Source: Eledone cirrhosa
Taxonomy: Eukaryota
DNA length: 64,000 nt
Assembly (NCBI GenBank): GCA_964016885.1
Contig: OZ024741.1
Location: 231,446,001-231,510,000, forward strand
Reading direction: 5' to 3'
This document shows positions 55,534-64,000 of this stretch, piece after piece. Position numbers and translations under genes: made by a program. Below the pieces are notes generated by a model that saw nothing but the letters and a program-made list of their open reading frames with translations, did not search any database and was not told where the DNA came from. Positions within the stretch are counted from its first letter, which is position 1; every line of letters starts with the position of its first letter.

Positions 55534-58500
55534 ATGATAGATGACATACCCTGAGATGTTAAATGGTTAATATTAATCAAGGTAGTGATTACCCGATAGA
55601 AAGTTTTGCTTATATAATATCTGTGTGAGAGTGCGAAAACGTAATGAATTCATTAGAGAATGTGTGAGTAAGAAAGAAAATTGCATACTTAAAGTGTTCT
55701 AAAATTTTATATTGTATGATACTATATCTCGGGAAACGTCTCATGAATCATAACAGCCAGTGATAGCCACTGCAAAAAGATTTATAAGGAGGAAAGATAA
55801 AGTGTTGTGGGGGGGGGGGGGGGGTCGATGGTTAGACGGTTACAATTTGGAAATATTTAATTCATAATATTAATGTGAAGACTCCAGATTTCAAGATTAT
55901 TTGCTATTTATTTATATATTATTTATATAAATTCGAAAAGTGTGTTATCATTTCTAAACTTCTGAATTGTGAGAATAACATTGTAAATGATTTAGTTGGC
56001 ACGTAAAGAATGAAATATTATACTGTTGATTAATTACCTAAATCTAAACTTGAAAAAATATCTCAACATATTAGGTATGTAAAGCTTTTGAGGTATTTAT
56101 TGTTATAAATATTTGCATAACTATTATGTATATAGGTATATATTAATGAGTCAGTATGTATAAGGTAAAAATAAAATATAATAATATGTTACGGATAAAA
56201 TTTATAGATATGTATAACCAAGATATCAACGTATTATTAGATACAGGGATGTATATATATAGATATATATTACGTATTATTAATGTAGTATACTTTAGGT
56301 AAATGAAAACAGTTATACTCTTAACAACGTGTCACATTTAAATATATATATACATATAAGAAAAACGAACAATGAGTGCATGTATAAAATGCAAAATAAT
56401 GTCTATAATAATTTTTAGTTTGGATATTTCCACTATATTTGAATCATGTATATAGAAGAAAGGTAGGTATATTTTTAAATATTTTAAAATATATAAAATA
56501 CAATATATAACTACATATATATTATAAAACATTATATTATAAATAAATAAATAAATAAGTGATCGAAAGTACAGCTAAAAAATTCACGTTTATATATGAG
56601 TTTACTATCTAAATTTGAGACGGATACATAGTGCAGTAAGTATATTTAAAAGAAGTATATGCTATATTATACTATAAATAATACATCAAAAAGTCATTAA
56701 ACATTTGGAGTTATAGATAAGTTTCGTAAAAATGTTTGGATTGGGTATTAAAACTAAAATTTAAAAGAGATTTCAAATGTATTAAACATTCACAGTTAAA
56801 TAAATTCAATAGATATGTAAGGATTAGGTATTGTACTAAATTATAGATAGATGAGGGTGTTGATCAAAGTTAACAAATAAAGTTGTATGTATCAATGTTT
56901 AGACATGCTATTTGAAATATTGTCATTCATTCAAAGGTTCTTTTTTTCCATAGATATCCATAAATTAAAGCAATATTAAAGGCCATTGATGTTTTTTACT
57001 GTTGATTATATATTACTGGTAACCGAGTTGTTAGTGGTTCTTTCTTTCTCGTTTTAGATTACAAATGTTTTAGATTACAAATGTATTAAAATTTCATAGT
57101 TAAATAAATTCAATAGATATGTAAGGATTAGTTATTTTACTAAATTATATATAAATAATGGTGTTGATCAAAGTTAACAAATAAAGTTGTGTGTATCAAT
57201 GTTTAGGCATGTTAATTGAAATATTGTTATTCATTCTAACGTTGTTTTTTCATAGATATCCATAAAATAAAACAATATTGAAAGCCATTGATATTTTTTA
57301 CTGTTGATTATATATTCCTGGTAACTGAGTTGTTATTGTTTCTTTCTTTCTCGTTTTATGTGAGGCTGAAAAAGTGGACATAGCTTTATGGAGGCAATTA
57401 GAGAATAATTCACTTTTTTTTGTTTATTAAGGTCTCATAATTGTACAGAGTGGGCAGTTATTTGATATACTAGAGTTGCGGTAAATTCCGCAGTTTTGTC
57501 CAATGGATGGAGTATTCCATGTTCTTCTCTTTTAAAGATCATATGAGCTGTGATAAAGACGTGGATGATTTCTTCTTAGAGTTTGAGAATGAGCATTTAT
57601 GGTTCGCCAAACGAAGTTTGAATGTGGACGAGCTTGATCCAATGTAATTGTATGTTTTATGGTCAAATTACTATCTAAACAATTATTTTGCAAAGGGCAA
57701 TGACTTTTATTTCTACAATTACAATTTGGTTTAGTATCATTAATATTAACTCTATTATTATGATCATTAAGTTGGTTTGGCTTTAGGATTTCGGCGTTTA
57801 ATTTGGCGATGTTTTGGGCCATGTTACTGGTTGTAGAATTTCCGAATTTAATGGTATGTCTATTAAAAATGGAATGGTATTTATGTTGAGTATGGAAAGA
57901 GGTGCCAAGAGCTTTAACGAATAGTTTTGCAATTGGTGTTTTAACTGCGACTGAAGCTAGTGGTGCAAACCATATGACTGGTTTAGATCTAGTTCGTATT
58001 CTCGATTTATTTAGCGTATGTATGTTTGAGTTATAGTTATTAGAGTTACTCTTATATGTGTTATAATTTTTATTATTATTATTAGGAATAATACTTGGAT
58101 TATTATTATCTACATATTCTATATTATTCATATATCCTGCTCTTTTTATAGCGTTTTTGTAATATTCCGCATTTTTATCAAATATATCTTTATTAGCTGA
58201 TATTTTGTTAATACGTTTTTGCACACTATTTACTATAGCTTCTTTTACAGATCTAGGGGGATTTGAATAGTTACTAACATAGTTTAAGTTTTCATTAGGC
58301 TTATGAAAAGGGTAATAGAAGCCAGTGTTTAAGTTAAAGGTAACGTCAAGGAAATTAACTATTTTGGTACCATTTTCTACTTCTAATTTAAGGTCGTACG
58401 TTTTAAAGAATTTTATTATACTTTTCTTAACTCTATTTAATTCTATATTGTTGTGTTTGACCACCGTAAACAAAATGTCATTTCTATATAAACCACCGGT

Positions 58501-59749
58501 AATCTCCGGCAGTTTTCTATTTATCATGTTTAATATGAACATTCCCAGAAGATGTGTGATTTGCGCGGAATCAGATGCCCCCATAGTGATATCAAAGTTT
58601 CTATCTCTATCTGAGCGTGTCCAAAGTTCGTTATTGAATTTAATGAGAGTTCTTCTAGCTGTTAAAATTATATCTATTTCATTTGTAGTTAGATCAGTAT
58701 GCTTATAAGCATATGAGAGGGCCTTATTTAGAAGTGTAGGAGGTCTAGAAGAATAGTAGCTAGTATTATCCATCTGGTGAATTTATAGTTTTTCTTATCT
58801 TCAATGTTTTTGTACAAATTCAATGACCTCGTTTGTATTTTTCCATAAGCCCAAACTAGATCTCAATTTAAGAGTGGGTAATATTCTATCTATGATGTTT
58901 TTACTGATTACTCCTATATCCGATTTCGATGGAGCAATCAGTCTAACTGGCATTTCTTCCTTAAAGTTTCTTTTATGATCCTTCAGGTTAATCCTCGTTT
59001 GTCTAGGTAAGAATGGCTCCGTTCTTCCTTGTATTCCTAGATTGGTAATTAAATTATAAGCTTCTTAATTAATTCTAGTAAGATCATCAGCCGGGGCTTT
59101 TTTGTAATTTTTCCTAAGTTCTTTCAGGATCAGGTCGTTATATTCATCTTTGCTTATCCCATATAAATTATTAGTTTTGTCAGATTTAACCAATACTTTG
59201 TTAACATTTTTTATTTTAGTGATTTTATCTTTTAAAGATCTGAGGTATTGGTGACCTATATATGCGTTTTTCCTAAATTTAATATTTTTGATAATGCCGA
59301 GAATTTCTGTTTCAAAAACCTTCAGGAGTTTGTGGTGTGGAGGATTTTTTCTTGATTTAAACAAAGATTAAAACTGATTATTGTTGGTTTTTCTTTCAGC
59401 ATCTTTATTTTCGAAATGAAAGGCTCTCCATTTTAATCTTCTAATAAAAGAGTTTGTCTGTTCTATAGGTTTATTCATGTATTCTTCATTTGTAGGTATC
59501 GGTATATCTTTGAGGGAAGTCGGGAACTTTAAGAAATCTATATTTATATAATATTCAATCTATTGTATAGAAAAGCGCTCAACCTGTTGGCAGCAATATA
59601 AGTATTAAATTGTTAAACAATATTCGATGATTATGTCAAAGAATGAGTTTTATAGTAAATTGGAAGCACTTAACGGGAAACAAATAATTTTCAGGAGTTA
59701 TTAATATTAAAATATAAATATTAATAAAATAGATGTTCTTTTGATCAAT

Positions 59750-59808
59750 TACATTTTATTATACATATTTCGGATGTACAACAGTACGTCCTCATCAGAC
59801 AAAATATA
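59750..59808 (-). ncRNA. Type I HHR in the 5' pLTR, ~200 nt upstream of the ORF
   Basis: TATATTTTGT-CTGATGA-GGAcGTAC tgtt GTACaTCC-GAAA-TATGTA-TA-ATAAAATGTA. Confidence 0.9.
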
Positions 59809-60625
59809 ATGATACATGACATACCCTGAGATGTTAAATGGTTAAGATTTAATCAAGGTAGTGATTACCCGATAGAAAATTTTGCTTATATAATATCTGT
59901 GTGAGAGTGCGAAAACGTAATGAATTCATTAGAGAATGTGTGAGTAAGAAAGAAAATTGCATACTTAAAGTGTTCTAAAATTTTAAATTGTATGATACTA
60001 TATTTAGGGAAACGTCTCATGAATCATAACAGCCAGTGATAGCCACTGCAAAAAGATTTATAAGGAGGGAAAGATATAGTGTGTGTGTATGTTGGGGGGG
60101 GGTCGAGAGTTAGTCGGTTAGAATTTGGAAATATTTAATTTATAATATTAACGTGAAGACTCCAGGTTTCAAGATTATTTGCTATTTATTTATATATTAT
60201 TTATATATTATTTATATAAATTCGATAAGTGTGTTATCATTTCTAAACTCCTGAATTGGGAGAATAACATTTCAAAGAATTTAGTTGGCACGTAAAGAAT
60301 GAAATATTATACTGTTGATTAATTACCTAAATCTAAACTTGAAAAAATATCTCAACAATGTTAGGTATGTAAAGCTTTTGAAGTATTTATTGTTATAAAT
60401 ATTTGCATAACTATTATGTATATAGGTATATATTAATGAGTCAGTATGTATAAGGTAAAAATAAAATAAAATAATATGTTACGGATAACATTTATAGATA
60501 TGTATAATCAATATATCAACCTATTATTAGATATAGGGATGTATATATATAGATATATATGGGATATTATTAATGTAGTATACTATAGGTAAATGATAAC
60601 AGTTATACTCTTAACAACGTGTTAC

Positions 60626-60676
<51 letters not shown>

Positions 60677-62182
60677 AACGACGAACAATGAGTGCATGTA
60701 TAACATTCAAAATAATGTCTATAATAATTTTTAGTTTGGATATTTTCACTATATTTGAATCATGTATATAAAAGCATGGTAGGTATATTAAAAAATATTT
60801 TAAAATATATAAAATACAATATATAACTACATATATATTATAAAACATTATATTATAAATAAATAAATAAATAAATAAATAAGAGATCGAAAGTACAGCG
60901 AAAAATTCACATTTGTATATAAGTTTGAATCCGTCTCAAATTTAGATATTATAGTGCAGTAAGTATATTTAAAAGAAGTATATGCTACATTATATTATAA
61001 ATAGTAGATCAAAAATCATTACACATTTGGAGTTATAGATATGTTTCGTAAAAAATTTTAGATTGGGTATTAAAACTAAAATTTAAAAGAGATTACAAAT
61101 GTATTATCAATTCACAGTTGAATAAATTCAATAGATATGTAAGGATTAGGTATTGTACTAAATTCTAGATAAATAATGGTGTTGATCAAAGTTAACAAAT
61201 AAAGTTGTGTGTATCAATGTTTAGGCATGCTAATTGAAATATTGTCATTCATTCTAACGTTGTTTTTTCCTTAGATATCCATAAAATAAAGCAATATTAA
61301 AGGCCATTGATGTTTTTTACAGTTGATTATATATTCCTGGTAACCGAGTTGATATTGGTTCTTTCTTTCTCGTTTTAGATTACAAATGTTTTAGATTACA
61401 AATGTATTAAAAATTCACAGTTAAATAAATTCAATAGGTATGTAAGGATTAGGTATTGTACTGAAATATAGATAAATGAAGGTGTTGATCAAAGTTAACA
61501 AATAAAGTTGTGTGTATCAATGTTTAGGCATGCTAATTGAAATATTGTCATTCATTCAAACGTTGTTTTTTCCATAGATATCCATAAAATAAAGCAATAT
61601 TAAAGGCCATTGCTGTTTTTTACTGTTGATTATATATTCCTGGTAACCGAGTTGTTATTGGTTCTTTCTTTCTCGTTTTAGATTACAAATGTTTTAGATT
61701 ACAAATGTATTAACAATTCATTTTTTGAAACAGAAATGCTCGGCATTATCAAAAATATTAAATTTAGGAAATACCCATATATAGTTCACCAATACCTCAG
61801 ATCTCTAAAAGATAAAATCACTGAAATAAAAAATGTTAACAAAATATTGGTTAAATCTGACAAAACTAATAATTTATATGGGATAAGCAAAGATGAATAT
61901 AACGACCTGATCCTGAAAGAACTGAGGAAAAATTACAAAAAAGCCCCAGCTGATGATCTTACTGAAATTAATAAAGAAGCTTATAATTTAATTACCAATC
62001 TAGGAATACAAGGAAGAACTGAGCCATTCTTACCTAGACAGCCGAGGATTAACCTGAAGGATCATAAAAGAAACTTTAAGGAAGAAATGCCAGTTAGACT
62101 GATTGCTCCATCGAAATCGGATATAGGAGTAATCAGTAAAAACATCATAGATAGAATATTACCCATTCTTAAATTGAGATCT

Positions 62183-63700
62183 CTTAAATACAGGTTGCTT
62201 GGTTTTGGCTCAAAATTGGTGATGTAGTCTCTTTCCTTATTAGTAAGTGAGTTGTGGTAATTTGAAGCCAGGTTGTTGATCCTCTTCATGATGTTGTGGT
62301 CTATATTTGACGGTATTTCATGATAGAATGTTCTGTCTTTCAGTTGTTCCTCAACCAAATCCTTGTAGTATTCAGCATCCATTATCACAACTGCATCCCC
62401 TTTATCTGCTTGTTTAATTATTATTGTTTTATCATTTTGTATACGTTTAAGTGCAGACATTTCTGATTTGTTAATGTTTGGCCTAACATTAGTATTACGT
62501 CTAAGAGGAAATTTAGACAGGATGTCAATGTATTGGTCGAGATAGATATTTCTTCCTTTTGGCGGAGTGAAATTTGATTTATTCTTTACTAGTGATTCAT
62601 CACTCTAATTACTTTTATCAGCGAAGAATTCTACAAGACGTAATTTTCGACAGAATTCTTGGGTATCCTCCTTCAGTTCTTGGTGGTTGACTGTTTGAGT
62701 CGGTGTAAATTTCACTCCTTTTGACAGAATTTGCATTTCATCCTTGTCAAGATCTCTTTTGGATAAATTAATTATTTTAGGATCTACATGTACAGTTGTT
62801 TAGGGTATGTTTCCTCCTGGAGTTTTTCTTTTTCCGGTTTTTGTTGTCCTGACGTTAAAAAATGGATTTTTCTCTGTTCAGGATTTATATTCCTGTTGGT
62901 GTTTGCTTGATGAACTTTTGGTCGTGATATTATATTTGATTTCGTAATGTATTTTATCCTCTTTTTGGTATTATGTATATTATTTTTCCATTTCTTGTTA
63001 GCATTATTTTTAACAACCTGGGAAAATGACCTAGGTTTGCTTTCAGATTTAAATCGCGTTTTCGCCCAGTTTCTTGGGGGTAATCTCTGTTGAGATCTTG
63101 AGAGTGATCTGGTTATTCTACGTTATGTTTCCCCGTTCCTTGTGGGTAGTCTCTGTTGAGATCTTGAGAATGGTCTCATGGTTTTACTACTTCTCATGGT
63201 CTGGTCAAAGGAATATCTATCGTGTTTGTGCTTTTTGTTCATGTTGTGTGCGATAGGGTGTTTTTGTAGAAAAAGCGAAGAGTTATTACCGTAGTTCTTC
63301 TTTGATTAAAGGTTAGGTGAGTGTTTCTGTTGGCACGTGTTCTGGCGTATGTTGTGTTGGTGAGATTGTCCACTTTTAATGCTTTTTCTCAGGGTTCCAG
63401 AGTCTTTACCGCAATTTGCAGCATATTCGTCGAGAAATAATTGTTTCTGCTGCCATACATTTCTTGATTTGTATCTTCTTTTGAGATATCTCTGATCCAT
63501 AGTTCTCGTAGTTTTTCAGCTATAATACCAGTGGTTAGCTTTGAAATTTCAACTTTAATTTGGTCATCGATAGCTTCATATTTGGCTTTTTTAGCGGGAT
63601 TGTTTACATTGAGAAATGGAGATGTCGTTCCTGAATTTTGTCAATGTAAGTTCCCATCGGAGTTTTGTTTCTTCTTCTGGTTCTCCTGCAATTTCTGTAA
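62183..63700 (-). mobile_element. Third PLE family, N-terminal/pre-RT region; the Naiad inversion abuts it
   Basis: NLSKRDLDKDEMQILSKGVKFTPT, ALKRIQNDKTIIIKQADKGDAVVIMD..Y; the upstream boundary is uncertain. Confidence 0.8.
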
Positions 63701-63741
63701 TTAGGTTGTTGTTGTTAGTGGTCGACTACGACCACTAACAA

Positions 63742-63777
<36 letters not shown>

Positions 63778-64000
63778 TTTCATTTATTAGCCACAAGGGC
63801 CGACATGTAGGGGACAATACAAAGACAGGGACAGTGGGGGTTCACAATAAGGTCGAGTAAAAGTGCACAATGGCAAAACTAATTTAACAATGAAAATATA
63901 AAAATATAAAATAAACTATGCAAAATATAACAAAATAAATTCCCCGATAGGGGGTGGACGACCCTGCGGTGATTCGGGTACCCCACAAATCCTGAACCAC

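Larger units (their letters stand above)
55433..62182 (-). mobile_element. Near-complete Naiad-type PLE: ~2-kb direct pLTRs (55433-57360 and 59705-61720), ORF remnants ~57365-59545, inverted ORF piece 61724-62182
   Basis: [73 protein letters not shown] (catalytic Asp changed), CNCRNKSHCPLQNNCL; stops and deletions in the EN domain. Confidence 0.95.

Noticed and set aside
57532-58773. Intact active reverse transcriptase
   Set aside because: YRDD reads YRND, the ORF is broken upstream and the EN domain is partly deleted; the 36840-37952 copy keeps YRDD but has flanking stops.
62062-62460. Single ORF of 132 aa
   Set aside because: It is a chimera of an ADKG-type PLE fragment reading into the antisense of the inverted Naiad piece.

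Overview
Extremely AT-rich eukaryotic DNA with no recognisable host gene; a SINE fragment suggests octopus/cephalopod (inference). Long degenerate (TA)n tracts alternate with retroelement debris, and nearly all of the long Ile/Tyr ORFs in the track are microsatellite artefacts. The real content is: (i) at least 7 decayed Penelope-like elements (PLEs) with Naiad-type motifs (DKT, YRDD, CxC-x5-C-x5-C linker, C-terminal GIY-YIG), including a near-complete copy at 55433-62182; (ii) a second, Neptune/Nematis-like PLE family and a third PLE with an ADKG motif; (iii) CR1/L2-group LINE fragments and a SINE with a target-site duplication; (iv) about 30 type I hammerhead ribozyme (HHR) motifs, found by eye, from about 13 distinct families. 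Several have unusual cores (U3-A8, C4, an extra base after A9, U10.1-U11.1) or very long or branched helices II/III. Main result: two non-coding HHR units that look like integrated copies of circular RNAs (retrozyme-like). One is a ~422-bp unit in a ~9-copy head-to-head palindromic array (46440-50128). The other is a 517-bp circularly permuted unit (27029-27760). Most insertions end a short distance downstream of their HHR directly in (TA)n, and many carry a foldback inversion at the other end. All ribozyme calls are manual structure predictions; activity is untested.
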